Below, piece by piece: positions 1-64,000 of a DNA stretch of 64,000 nucleotides (positions are counted from its first letter, which is position 1; each line of letters begins with the position of its first letter). The notes under the pieces were generated by a model, which worked only from the letters and a program-made list of their open reading frames with translations, did no database searches and was not told the DNA's origin. The DNA is taken from assembly GCA_964252035.1 (NCBI GenBank), contig OZ176205.1, one strand, 5' to 3'. Position numbers and translations under genes: made by a program. Origin of the DNA: Podarcis erhardii (Eukaryota).

Positions 1-925
1 TCATCTGCTACTTCATCTCAAACAACTGTATGAAGATGCTTAAGGTGACAAGCTGCTGTATTGCAGTATGCATTGTCATCTAATTCTGAATTTTTCACTC
101 AGCATTGTTTTCTGGATAAGATCTGGGCCAAGTTGGCTGTGAACACATGTAGCTACTGATACTGCAAAGCAGAAAGTTATGAGCAGATGCAGCCATTTAA
201 AATCCCATTACTCCAAAGCAGACCCTCATTTAGAAGGCTATAAAGGGATGGGCTAGACTTTTCAGTACTCTCTTCAATGGATATACAGCACAGGTAGGAA
301 TACATGCTTTGTTCTTCTAAGAACACATGCTTTGGGGTTGGGTCCTATCAAACATGTTCTTTGTAAAATGCAATATGCACAGATGGCACTATAGAAACAA
401 TAAAAATCCATCTGTCAGTATATGCTTGTTCTCAGGAGCCAGTTATTTCCTTAACCCAGAAAAAAATGTTCCATTAAATTCTTGCAGTATGACCCAACTG
501 CTGATTACTCGGTCCTCCTGAAGCAAAAACCAAGATGTACAAAAGGTGAAAAAGTAGGACTATAAGCATCATTGTCTTTCTTATCTATTTCATCTATTCA
601 CAGCACTTCACAGAAGGAAGAATCCTTTTTATTTTTATAACTTTTAAGTATTTTTCAAGTTCCATCAGCCTAATTCCAGAAAACTACTGGGGGCTCAACA
701 GCTGTGTTTGTTAAATACCTGCTTGTTGGTTAGCCTATGAAGAAGGGTGGTGTGATTGGTGGGAACAACCCCATTCCCTGCCCTACCTATTTGAAAACTG
801 CTGCTGTAATTCCCCATCTCCCTGTTCCAGTATCAATTCTTCAAGCAGCAGACCTTAAGGGGGTAAGGCTGGGTAGGGGTACAGGTTTCATAGGCCCATC
901 CTCCTCACATTCCATTTAGTGATAA

Positions 926-1180
926 AAGAAGAAGAGGAGGAGGAGTTTGGACTTGATATCCTGCCTTTCACTCCCCTTAAGGAGTCTCAAAGCGGCTAAC
1001 AATCTCCTTTCCCTTCCTTCCCCACAACAAACACTCTGAGGTGAGTGAGGCTGAGAGACTTCAGAGAAGTGTGACTAGCCCAAGGTCACCCAGCAGCTGC
1101 ACCTGGAGGAGTGGGGAAGTGAACCCGGTTCACCAGATTACAAGTCCACCGCTCTTAACCACTACACCACCCTGGCTCTC
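926..1180 (-). mobile_element. tRNA-derived CORE SINE (Squam3-type)
   Basis: Minus strand has a tRNA-like head GAGAGCCAGGGTGGTGTAGTGGTTAAGAGC...GGTTCA (A/B boxes), CORE motif GTGACCTTGGGCTAGTCAC and a (CTT/CCT)n tail. Confidence 0.82.
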
Positions 1181-2183
1181 CACCACTGCTTTATGGCTAA
1201 ACCGGCAAACATGTATTTAGTAAACAAATATGGATATGTTGAATCTGTGGGTTCCTTTCAGCTCATTTCCCCTCTTATTTCTGAACACGTTTCAATCTCT
1301 TCAGTAAGCCTAATCTAAATTAGGGTGCTTGTAGATCTATTTTAAATGAGTTTCTAATCAAAATATTTTATACGGCAAAATCATCCATGCGTAAGTAGCA
1401 GTGACCAGTGTGATGAGAGCAGGCAACAGTGCTACCCTACTGACAGTGGCATTGCTGCTTCTTACTAGGACGCTGCAGGGATAGGGGAGGACCAGGTAGC
1501 AGTGGTAACAGGATTGCAGAGGCACACTGGTGAAGCCAAACTTGCACTCGCACAGGGGCGCCTACCCAACTTTCATTCCTATCCTGGTAAGCTGCAACAC
1601 CCAGCTGCTCCCTATGTTGAAGTGTAGAATGTAGATTAGCTATCATCCCATGAATGCAGAACAATCCTACTTATGGAGGAGAAACCCCAGCTATATCATT
1701 ACTTCCATGGATATCACCTTTATGACTGAGCACTTTTAGGACTGAGGTCAATGTTATGATCCAACAACAAGCTGTTTGCACTAGTGACAACAGGAATTTA
1801 CCGTGTGGCTTTTAACATGATTCATGCTCATACTTGTTTCTAAACATTTCCCCCTTCTTGAAACAGCTTGTGGAAGAGCACTCAATGCAAGTCCCAAAAT
1901 CCAACTTAAAGAAAGCACTATCCATTAGGAGATGTGATATATATGGGATATTGGTAGCAGCATGTGCCTAATGGCGTTTAACAAGAGTGTGCAATGAAGT
2001 ACACAGTGTTCAGCTAAGCTTAGTATAGCCTACAGACAGAAAATAGAAGAAGGTAAGATGGGACATGAAGACTAGTACAGAGGCAGAGAGGGGAGGCTTC
2101 AAGATGTGTCCAAGGAAAATAAGATGTGTCTAAGGAAACAAGCTTAAGACAAAACTAACCAGGAAGGAGATAGATGCAGTCTA

Positions 2184-24081
<21,898 letters not shown>

Positions 24082-24264
24082 TCAGGGAGCCTAACAGGTG
24101 GGCGCGAGGGGTCCCCCTCAGCAGAGCAGAGCTTGCACTGGAGAGGGGGGCGGCAAAGTCAAGCAGCAACGCCGAGGAGGAGGAGGAGGAGGAGCTGCTG
24201 CTGCTACTGCTGCCGCCGCCGCCTGACTTCTCCCGACCTCTTCCTAAGTCCCCGATTGCAGAGG

Positions 24265-24378
24265 TCTCGCGAGACCCGCGGCGCGGAAAGAGCTTTGAGG
24301 CGATGCCCCAATATGGAACCCAGCTCCAGCGCCCTATGATGAGCGCAGCACCCAGAAAGAGGGGAACGTCTCGCGAGA
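24265..24378. promoter_or_regulatory. Two TCTCGCGAGA (BANP/'CGCG') motifs at 24265-24274 and 24369-24378
   Basis: Exact palindromic motif occurs twice; the first extends to GGTCTCGCGAGACC. Confidence 0.7.
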
Positions 24379-25919
24379 TCTGGAAGGAGGCGAGAAGGAA
24401 AGAGGAGGAGGAAGAGGAAGGGTGGAGCGTGATGCCGGCCAGGGTTTAAGGCTTCCAGGTGCTGCTGCTTAAGGCAGCGGGAACCTGGACAGGGACATTC
24501 TCGGAAGGAAGGCTCACACCCGCCACCTCGTGACTTCCTCCTCCCGTTCTTTCTGTGCCCCCGGGGAAGAAGCGCATAAACATTAGCTGTTTTGTGCTTG
24601 CAGTTGTACATAATGTTCGTTAACAAATAATCGTTGGAATGCAATTCTCTACAGTCCTCGGCTAGTAAATTGTGGTAGCTAACAACACAGTCTTCCTTGT
24701 TATTGGTTAATGCAGGATGAGGAGCTGTTTTCCAGCTCATGGGCTGCATTCCCTTCTTGGACCAACTTCTGGGGGCCATTTTCGTGGTGCAGCAATGGAC
24801 GTAAATTTTACCTTCGTACTGTTTCTACACACGCCCCCCTTTCCCCTGACAAGCCAGATAAATTACCTATGACTGCTGATCCTTTCTTGTTTAGATTCCT
24901 ATGCTAGGTCTGTTGTAAGCCTCACGTTTCTGAGTTTTATTGGCATAAACCCATTTTTTGCTTCACTTTGCAGGACTGTCCAATCTTTTCAATCAGAAAG
25001 CTATTTGTCACTATCTGCAGTGACAAGCTAGGTTGCTTTCATTCACCATCCAGATGCAACGTTGCTTGTTGCACGTACGCAGCACCAGTTGCCTTTCCTG
25101 TTTCTTGCAAATAGAACTGGTAGCACCCGACTGTTGGCTTCTAACCGTTGTCGAGGATAACATGTGTACACTAAATTCATTTTTTAATAAGCTGCATACA
25201 TTAAAATAACTTATAACAGTTCCCACTGAGTAAGCCACGCATTCGTACAAAGTCATGTAAATTGTAAAAAAAAAAAAAAAAAGTTTAATTCGAGAATTCG
25301 AACGTTAACTTTAGCTGCTGCGAGTCATCGCGCAACCTGGTGGCGCAAAGGGCCCATAGCAGAACACATCCCTCCCTCCCATGCTGGCTACGCGTGAAGT
25401 TGGAAAACCCGCCCGGATCCAGAACGCGTGGCGGGCACGTCACAATCCCATCTCCGGCGACAGCACACGCAGTTACTTGTATACGCGCTAGGCCACTTTT
25501 TACGCCGCCCCCACCTCCCTTGGCCCTAGTTAAATCCGGCGAAGCCCCGGGGAAGCGAGCGGTGGGCTGGGGCACCGCGAGGCGCCTGCGCTCCGCCCAT
25601 GGGACAAGGGGAGGCGGGCGAGGGGCCTGACGCGCGGCTCCGGCTCCTGCCTGTCACGCAGAGCAGGGGGCGGCGCCGCACGCGTTTGGAAGAGCCAGGG
25701 GGAGTGGCCTTCCCCGGGAGCCCCAGCTCGGGAGGAAGTGACAGCAGCAGCAGCGGCGGCGGCGGCGGCGGCGAGGAGATCTGGTGGCGCGCGCAACGGC
25801 GCGCGAAGATACCAGTCGTACGCACGCGCCGACCGGCTCGCCCGCGGCCAGCGCAGGCGCAGGAAATATCCTTGGAGCGCACGCGCGGGGGGTCGCGGGG
25901 GCTGCTGTCTCTAGCCGCC

Positions 25920-56055
<30,136 letters not shown>

Positions 56056-58533
56056 ATGTATTGGCCCTATAACTGGGTTTACAGCATAATATATACACAC
56101 CTAGATGTCCCAGCTGCCCCTTCCCTCTCCTCCCAGGTCAATTTTTTCCTTGTTGATTTTCAGAGTGAAGCTTCTCCTTGAGGGCTTTTGAGATTTTAGA
56201 TAAATCTAACCGTTCATGTGAGTTTGTGTACTCGACTCAGTAGGGACTATTGTCAGCCAGTGGGCGTCCAATATGTTTTGCCGTGATTGGAGTTTGCCAA
56301 AGAGTTTTTACAGGAATGTGAAATGACCCCTGACTCTCTTCCTTACTCAAGTACCTAACCCTGAAGGTGTGGGGAAATCTCCATTGGGACACACTCCCTT
56401 AACTATATTGCTGTCATCCCAAGGGGGATGTGAAGAGCTGTGAATCCCTCCTTAGCTCACTGACTCTGGGAGTCATTTTCTTAGTGCACATCCAGTTGCT
56501 GACAGTAAGAGGAGAAATGGCAGATGGCACCAAGGTGGTAGCTCCATGTGGAGCACTGAACTCGACTCGACTCATTCCTAAGGTGTCTGCTCTGCTGCTT
56601 GGGTAACTTTCTTTTTTTCTCGTTATTCTTTTCAGGAGTACTTTTCTCTAGTTTTAGACATTTAATCCTTTGAAACGACTTCTTTTGAACTGTATCTCTC
56701 TTTTTTTAGCACCATATTTTTTGTCCCCTCCATGTTCACTTGCGTTTCTGAGTCCCGTGAAATAAGCTGCTCTCCAAAGCCGTAGCATGTGAACCCAAGT
56801 AAGTTTCACATGGAAAACAAAGGCAGCCGACATTGGTAGAGGTCACTGTCTCTTTACAAGTATGGCTCTATGCATTTGTTGGCTGCAGAGGGGCAGCCAG
56901 GTTGCCCAAGTTCAGTGCCCAACATGCAGCCCCAGGCAATATGGGGCTTGCCAACAGTGTACAGTGGCCCAAAAGGCATTTGACGATGGCATGGTTTCTG
57001 CTACAAAAGCCAGGAGGTGATCCAGCCTGTGGCAGACCACTTTTCCATAGGTCTCCCTTATGCCCCCAGGGGCCTTGTTGGCCTTGTGTGAAATTGTCTT
57101 TTTAGGAGAGAGCAGTTACGTTTTCATTCTGGAAAAACAGGATATGTTCTTCCTTTTCAACAATAAGGAAAGGTAATATTGGGGGCTGTCTTTCCAACTG
57201 TACCCAGACTATCAATCACCCTATTTCCAAAGGTTAATGAATGTAATGATATATATACCCTGTTAACTGTCCAAGGTGCTGGACTCTAGAAATTCCCTTT
57301 CGAATAGAATTTCTTCCTTTGTATTAACAGCAGAACAAATAATCTAGGGGAACAGAGTAGTTTGAATCTTCCCCACCCACCCCTAGAGATGAAGTGTCAA
57401 ATTCTGTTCTCCAGAATCATTACAGCCATTGTTGCTCAGCAGAGAATATACAACGCAAGCTTGTAAAACTCCTAGGAAAAGGGGTTAGTTGTGACTGACT
57501 CTTGTAGGCTTTTTATTTTATTAGAAAGATATGTAACTCTTGCTAGTTTTACAATGAGTATCTCCTAGGTTTTCCCAGGTTTGTTTTTTTAAATCCCCAG
57601 CATCTTGCTCAAATGTAAGGTTTGGAGACTTCCCATGGACCAAATAGGCCTTTGAGATTGCAAAATTCTCCCAGGCTGGAAACTGCTGGAGGACTCAGAA
57701 TTGAAGGCACTCTGAGGGACAATTCAATGCAAAAGCTACCAGCAGGAAAACACTCTTCTCGGTTGTTTTCTCTTGGCAGAAATCCCAGTTTATAGTCATC
57801 TTAAACCCTCGTTATCCTTTGCAAAAAAAATCTGGTGCAGTTTTATTTCACTTTATCTTAAATGGAAGTTTAACCATCATACCTCCTTCACTTTGGAATT
57901 TGGCTGCACTGTCATATTATACCTGACTGAGGCTTTTGCAAAATTTGTGCTGCATGTCCATTTAGGAGATCTTAAGCAATGTTCTCTTTGTACAATCTTA
58001 AGATGAAAAGGAAAAGGTTCCAATAGTTTTAAATGATACTCCTGTTATCTAAAGTATCGTCCTCACCTCCAAGAAGCACTTCTTTGCTTGACTGTAAGGA
58101 TCGAAATAGAATGTATAAATACATACTTTCTTTTTGAATACTGTGAAAACTTGCTGGCAGGGAGAATTGAATTTCCGGTGTCAATGCAACCTAGTTTGCA
58201 TCAACATCTTGCCTACCTGAATGGAACAAAATGCTCCTAGGTGTGGGGGCTGCATCTCTTGGGTTTTGATATAGGTTCCCCTCCACCGAAGAAGGCTGCT
58301 GCCACCTCTTTTGCACTAAGAGAGAAGTTCTGGGATAATACAAGAGGTAGCTTGTCAGGATCGCCTACATATTTGGGGGCTCACATTGGATTCACTCAAC
58401 TTCCAAATTGCCATAAAGTGCTCACTAACAGATTTGTACTTGTTTTGTCGTTCTAAAACCTGAAGGAAAAAAATACATTTTTATTCTTTCTATTGGGTGC
58501 ATTGTCTTTTTTTCTTTGTAAATGCAGCAGCAC

Positions 58534-58539
58534 AATAAA
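58534..58539 (+). terminator. SRPK1: Probable SRPK1 polyadenylation signal (AATAAA), implying a 3' UTR of about 2.5 kb
   Basis: AATAAA preceded by U-rich tttttttctttgtaaat; usage inferred, not shown. Confidence 0.6.
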
Positions 58540-59978
58540 CAGGTTATTAAATAATCCACAGGTACTTTTGATATGCTGTCTATATTCATCCACAGGTTTC
58601 GTACAGTAGAGCCTCTTATCTGAACAGGCTGTGAGACAGTGAGAAGCTTAAATTAAATCCAAGCACTGTTGTGTTATGGGGATATAGTGATCTAGTTGCA
58701 TGGCTACAGGGCAGGAAAAGGAAACAAAGAATATTGGTGGCTGATGAGTTCAGGAAATGGTGGTCTGCTTTTAGACTGCTGGAGAAAAGATGATGAAATT
58801 AATTCTTGAAAGCATAAACCACAATGCATAATTGATCAGACATTTCATTATCATGGTCTAAGTTAAGATTTACATTACAATACTAGCAGTTTTTTTTAAC
58901 TCTGTATCTTAATGCAATACTGGTCTCATTGCAGGAGGAGATGTTTGAATTGTCCCAGATAATTAACCATAAAGAGAAATCCAGTTAATACTCTTGGGTT
59001 TCAGAGTAGATCTGTTTAGCATAATCTTATCATTTGAGCTTATTTCTAATACGCTCTGTGCAGTGGACAGAGCATACTGCAGAAATGCATTACCAACTAC
59101 TAGCATGTTTTGCTTGTTCTGTGGTTCTTTTGGTATCTTAGTGGGATATTTGGTAAGGGTAAGGGAGGGGAGGGTTAGCTTTGTGGCTGATGTCTGGGAC
59201 TTGCTTATAGACCTATTCTCCTTGGGTACCAGTATTACTGCATCTTGTTGGAACTCCTAATTTTTGCTGCAGATTTCTTTCATCTATGCTTTACGGAAAA
59301 CCTCAGGCTACAGTGAACATAAGAACAGAATAAAAGAGCAAATTTGGAAAACTGCAGGCAACTGCACACCTAATGAGATATTCTCCATGGTCAGCACCTC
59401 TCCTTGATGCACAGCAAACTCATGACTGGAAGGAAGTTTCACGATCACTCTGTAGTGCAGGATAGAAAGTCATTCTTCAAAGAAGGAAGTCTACTATCCT
59501 CCTGGGCATGCCTGTCATTGGGTGGGCCTCAGTTACTTTTGTGGCTTTCCACTCTGGCTTCATGTAAACAAAGGAGGGAACAGATTACTTCACATAGGCT
59601 GCTTGTTACTTATTATATGCCTGCATTGTCTCTTGATTGATTGGATCCCTCAGTTAAAAGAGAATGTCATGAATATGTTGATTCTTGCATAGCAGATCTT
59701 CAGTTCAAGAATATTTGGGTATAGTTCTTGGCAAAGGCAAAGGTTTTGAGAATCTAGTAGGTGATCTTTCCGCAGAAAGATGGGTTAATTTTACAAAAGG
59801 AGTCCTCACTCCCCCCCCCCCTTTGAGGTGCCTTTGGTTTTGTGTCATAGCACAATTGAATGTCTGCAGGCAATAAAAGTCTGGGAACGTGTATCAAGCA
59901 GCCTTCTGGACTCCACCATCATAGTTGGAATGTGTATGTCACCCACTTCAATCAAGGTACACTTGAGGTTGTTTGTCT

Positions 59979-61256
59979 TCATTCATTTCCTTCTTCTGCA
60001 AGACAAAAAACACAACATTCAACAAATGGTGACCCTGAAAAGTATCCAGGCCTCATGACTACTATTTAAGGAGCCCTTGTTTCATGGCCCAAAAGAGTGT
60101 TATGATATGCACATGAGCCCACACTTACTCAGGGAGGGGAGAAGGTGTGTGATGTGCAGCTTGAACCTCTAGTACTAAATTGAAAGCCATCACTAGCCAT
60201 GATTATATATGAAAAATGGATGTCACTCCCTTTCTGTATTTGCAATTTGCGCTTGCAGTTAATGAGAACTGGCTCAATTTAGTACCCAATGTACCAATAA
60301 GGACTGCACTGGAAGTGTATCGGCTTCATCACAACTGACTAGACCTGAATTCCATGGATGAGCAGGGCTTTGAAGGATGATGAGCAATGAGGAAAAGATA
60401 GATCATCTCTCCACAGGGCTATTGCGGTGCTGTTTAGTATCTAGCAAACATATATATTTAAGGGGAGAGTCATACCTACACCTGCTAGAAGCTTGCTTGG
60501 AGTTGTATACATAGGCTTGAGTTTTTGGCATTCATGCAGAAGCATTTGCATTACAGGCTGTTTTTCAGGGATATAGTTATGCAGAAGCCTTGACATGTGC
60601 ACCCTTCAAGTAAGCCCCCTCTTTTAAATACTTGGTTTCTCCCTGTACCATGGCACAAGGACTGAGCTCCCCACCACCACATGATGAAGCAACTGTGCTC
60701 AAGTAAAGCAGGTGTGGTCAGTACCTGGATGGGAGGCAAGCTGGATACTATTTGCCAGCTGGAGTTTCACCATGGAAGAAAGGCTGGATATAAAGGTAAT
60801 AATTGAAATAAACTCAAATTGCCCACTGCAGTTACTGTTCCTGCATGAGCACACATCTGGGTAAGCTATGCAGTTAAGCACAGCTCAGAACCACCATTCC
60901 CTCATCATATCCCATAGTCCTGGCACTTCTGAATGCATGCCTAATGCTATCCTACAAGGTACTAGTCGGGTGGAGGGTGGTGTCTGCCCTGAGAGATTCC
61001 ATATACACAATAGGATCACCTTTATTATCCACTTGGAAGTCAGATGGAAGGAGATTGTCTTGCCGGTTGCCAAGCACAAATGCCAAGAAGGAGAGAATGA
61101 AGGCGTCCAGGATCCCAATGATGCAGAGGATGTATGCCCAGCGCACTGTGCACACCCCCAGTGTGTATTTGTCAGTCTTCTCGCCACACATACGTTTCAC
61201 CTCAGGTGAGTCCCAGCCATCAGGGTAGAGCAGGCAGCCTATTGACAAGCCTGCAC
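59979..61256 (-). CDS. LHFPL5: LHFPL tetraspan subfamily member 5 (TMHS), last two coding exons; exon 1 is beyond the window's right edge
   Basis: Exon 61020-61256 (237 nt, ctgcag|...[78 protein letters not shown]|gtgatc) plus exon 59979-59995 (ttgcag|EEGNE*). The C-terminus and position tail-to-tail with SRPK1 indicate LHFPL5 rather than LHFPL3/4. Confidence 0.93.
60699..60812 (+). mobile_element. 5S rRNA-derived SINE fragment with L2-like tail
   Basis: AAGCAGG...GGTCAGTACCTGGATGGGAGG resembles the 5S box C region; tail GAAAGGCTGGATATAAA. Confidence 0.45.
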
Positions 61257-62949
61257 CTGCAGGGAAAGATGCTTTGCATTAATAAGATTTCCAAACAGAT
61301 GACTGCAGGCATCTTGTCTCATTCAGGATGTTTGCATGGTGCAAGAAGGTTTTCGAACATAATCTTGGTTCCAGTAATGTCTTTCAAATCTCTCCCAGAA
61401 ATTGTGGTATGGAGGGGGAAGAGAGGCTGAATGAAAAGAGAGCCAAATGACACAAAGGGAGTGCTTTTGCTCAGTGTTGCATCAATGGTGTCACAAGGCA
61501 GAATCTCTTGCAAACTGCCACTCATCTCCACAGCATGGAGAAGGTCATTGCCATTCAGCATCTTCCTTTGATGGGCACAGTTCTATGTTAGCTTAACGAA
61601 TGTGTGGAAGCATTTTTCAGCACCAGGTCCTTCACTACAGAGTAACCACAGCCCAACCTCATGCATCTAGGACTAGGAAGATGGCTGCTAGATATGGATT
61701 ATCATTGTAGTAAGCACCTTGTTTTTCTGGAATATAACATATATGCCTCATGCAATCTACTGTTTCTCTTAAGTGCACATGCATATAGTTTGCCTGTGAC
61801 ATCAGCATATTATATCTCGTACATTTAAGTGGCATGGTTGTAGCATCTCTAAGAAATAAGTCTTGTTGGAGTTTCTTTGCTGAGAGATGTAGTTTTGCAT
61901 CATTTCTTTGTTCCCTTGGCAACACTTCAGTTCCAGGATCTTGAATGCAAAATTACTTCCCTTGGGACCACTTGCATTATTTATGACAACTTTATTTAGA
62001 TATCTGAGATAACACATTGCCACAGATAAACGCAGAAGATGCTTTACACATTACAAAAGGGATCTGTGAATTGTTCTTCAGCAGTGCCTGGGGCCACATC
62101 CATCATAGGAAGCTGCAGTGTGAGGACCAAGTCCTCTGCAAGCACAGCAGCATCTTCACTGCTGAGTTGTGCCGCTGCAATAACTAATGTAGATCCCTTT
62201 TGTAATATAATCCTGTCTAAAGAGGGATGCAGAATGGTGGTCGCAGTACATTCATGTGTTTTTACAACACTGCACAGATATTCTAAGCCAACGGGAGATC
62301 CCCAGATTCAAGATGTTACTGGCTTTATTTCACCTGTAGTAATTGTGTTAGGGCATTTTATCTACTCTACAGATATGGTTTAGCTAATCTGATGGACTGG
62401 TCAAGTTGTGCTCCTTAGAGAATCCAGTAATAGTAGCTCTGTGGAAAAGAACTGTGGATTTTTCTTGGCACCTCGTCTAACATTGAATTACATTAATATT
62501 TGTGGAAAACTATGAAAGGATTAAAACAGTAATATGCACTTGTGGTGTTCCTATTCCTTTTGAAATAGAATCCAAGAGCTGAATGGGACTGACAGTCAGC
62601 CTAGCTGGCCTGTAGCAAAGACAGACAAGCCACTAATGAGATATCTACAGATCATTAACCTCTCCTACAAGGAGAACAGAAGCTGCTAATGGAGCAAAAA
62701 GCTCAAGATGACTCATCCAAACAAACCAAGCTGTAAACAACCAAATAAGCCAGGATTACTGCATAAGTATGGAATAGGGTTCATTTATATAGCATTGCTG
62801 TTCTGAATTCTGTTGTGCTTCTGTTGTCATGGAATCATTATTTGTATGTTAACACAAGCCCTTCTGGGCTGCACAAGCATTTTTCATCACTGGCAAGTGT
62901 GGTAGAAAAAGCATCCAGTAAAGCTCTGTTAATATCCATTGTGAATGTT

Positions 62950-63075
62950 CTTTCTGTGACATGCAGCAATTGATGCTCTAAAGCAGCCACATGGTCATAG
63001 TTACAGTACTTTGATATACTCCTATACACCAGTGCATCAAGAGACAGTATAACCTCTGTTGCAGAGCATTCTTTC
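62950..63075 (-). mobile_element. Highly degraded CR1 RT fragment
   Basis: Minus frame EVILSLDALVYRSISKYC resembles CR1 EVILPLYSALVRPHLEYC. Confidence 0.3.
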
Positions 63076-63505
63076 ATGCCAGTAATAAATGTGCTGCCTT
63101 CTGTCTTCCTTGCTTACAGACACAATTGATCTCTGCCGCTAGGAATTGTGATAGCCTAGACTACAATGCCATAACATGATGATGACTCTCTGGCACTGCT
63201 TTGTCCCTAGGATGGACTTTATAAAGAAAGAAAACTGATTAATTAGCTTCCCATAAGCTTCCTCTTCATTATAAGCCGCATCCCTTCCTGTCTTAGATAA
63301 TAGTTGGTGTTTCTGCTAGGACTTCTACTTAATGTGCCATGCACAGTTTGATTTGACCTTCTCTCCCAGATTACACTGAAATGTATAAATGTTATCTTTC
63401 CAGAAAGCAGAGGTTCATTCTTCACACCCTGAGATCTCAGACAGTTCTGTAAGTCTTTGGTAAATAAGTTCAATGACCCTCCAGTTCAGAATAAATGGGT
63501 TCACT

Positions 63506-64000
63506 GGTCAAGTGGCAGGATTTAAATTAAACAAATCTAAGACTAAGGTATTAGAGAAAAATTTAACAGTAGGGGAGAAGGAGAGGTTTCAGAATGAAAC
63601 AGGTTTAACTGTGGTTAAGAGTGTAAAGTACTTGGGGATTAATATGACAGCTAAAAATATGAATTTATTTAAAGATAATTATGAGAAATGTTGGAATCAA
63701 GTGAAAAAAGATCTAGAAATTTGGTCAAATTTGAAGCTTTCCTTGTTTGGTCGAATTGCAGCTATCAAGATGAATGTATTGCCTAGAATGTTATTTTTGT
63801 TCCAAACATTGCAAATTGTTGACAAGATGGAGTGTTTTAAGAGATGGCAGCAAGATATCTCCAAATTTATCTGGCAGGGCAAAAAACCCAGAATAAAATT
63901 TAAGATTTTAACTGATGCAAAAGAAAGGGGGGGATTTGCCCTGCCAGACTTGAAACTTTACTATGAATCAGCAGCTTTCTGCTGGTTGAAGGACTGGCTG
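63506..64000 (+). mobile_element. L1-clade LINE ORF2 fragment (late RT region), 5'-truncated, runs off the window
   Basis: 165 uninterrupted codons: GQVAGFKLNKSKTK...VKYLGIN...GRIAAIKMNVLPRMLFLFQ...FIWQGKKPRI...ERGGFALPDLKLYY. Confidence 0.92.

Noticed and set aside
24204-24779. 191-aa - strand ORF in the intergenic promoter, considered as an SLC26A8 remnant or new gene
   Set aside because: No transporter-like sequence, no splice pattern, too little room.
60868-61430. Several + strand ORFs over LHFPL5 exon 2
   Set aside because: Antisense shadows of the real exon.

Overview
Eukaryotic (vertebrate) genomic DNA, almost certainly from a squamate and probably a lacertid lizard (Sauria SINE, Squam3-type SINE, squamate MITE families). 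Three spliced genes were reconstructed by hand. MAPK14/p38-alpha lies on the - strand (coding exons 1-8 plus one of the two mutually exclusive 80-nt exons; the 3' end is off the left edge). SRPK1 lies on the + strand and is complete (16 coding exons, 1995 nt, 664 aa + stop). LHFPL5/TMHS lies on the - strand (last two coding exons; exon 1 is off the right edge). MAPK14 and SRPK1 are head-to-head, with ATGs about 2.1 kb apart across a CpG-island promoter. Each gene carries one U12 (minor-spliceosome) intron, and SRPK1 also needs a GC donor. The introns hold SINEs, CR1/L2/L1 fragments, many Tc1/mariner and hAT MITEs (one nested) and a solo LTR. The most unusual items are both in the MAPK14 U12 intron: a TSD-flanked Penelope-derived fold-back with an intact minimal hammerhead ribozyme core in MAPK14-sense orientation, and a TSD-flanked 84-nt 7SK 5' retrocopy. 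No CRISPR or prokaryotic features. Most of the supplied ORF track is noise from introns, repeats or GC-rich DNA. Family names and cross-species comparisons are from memory, not database searches.
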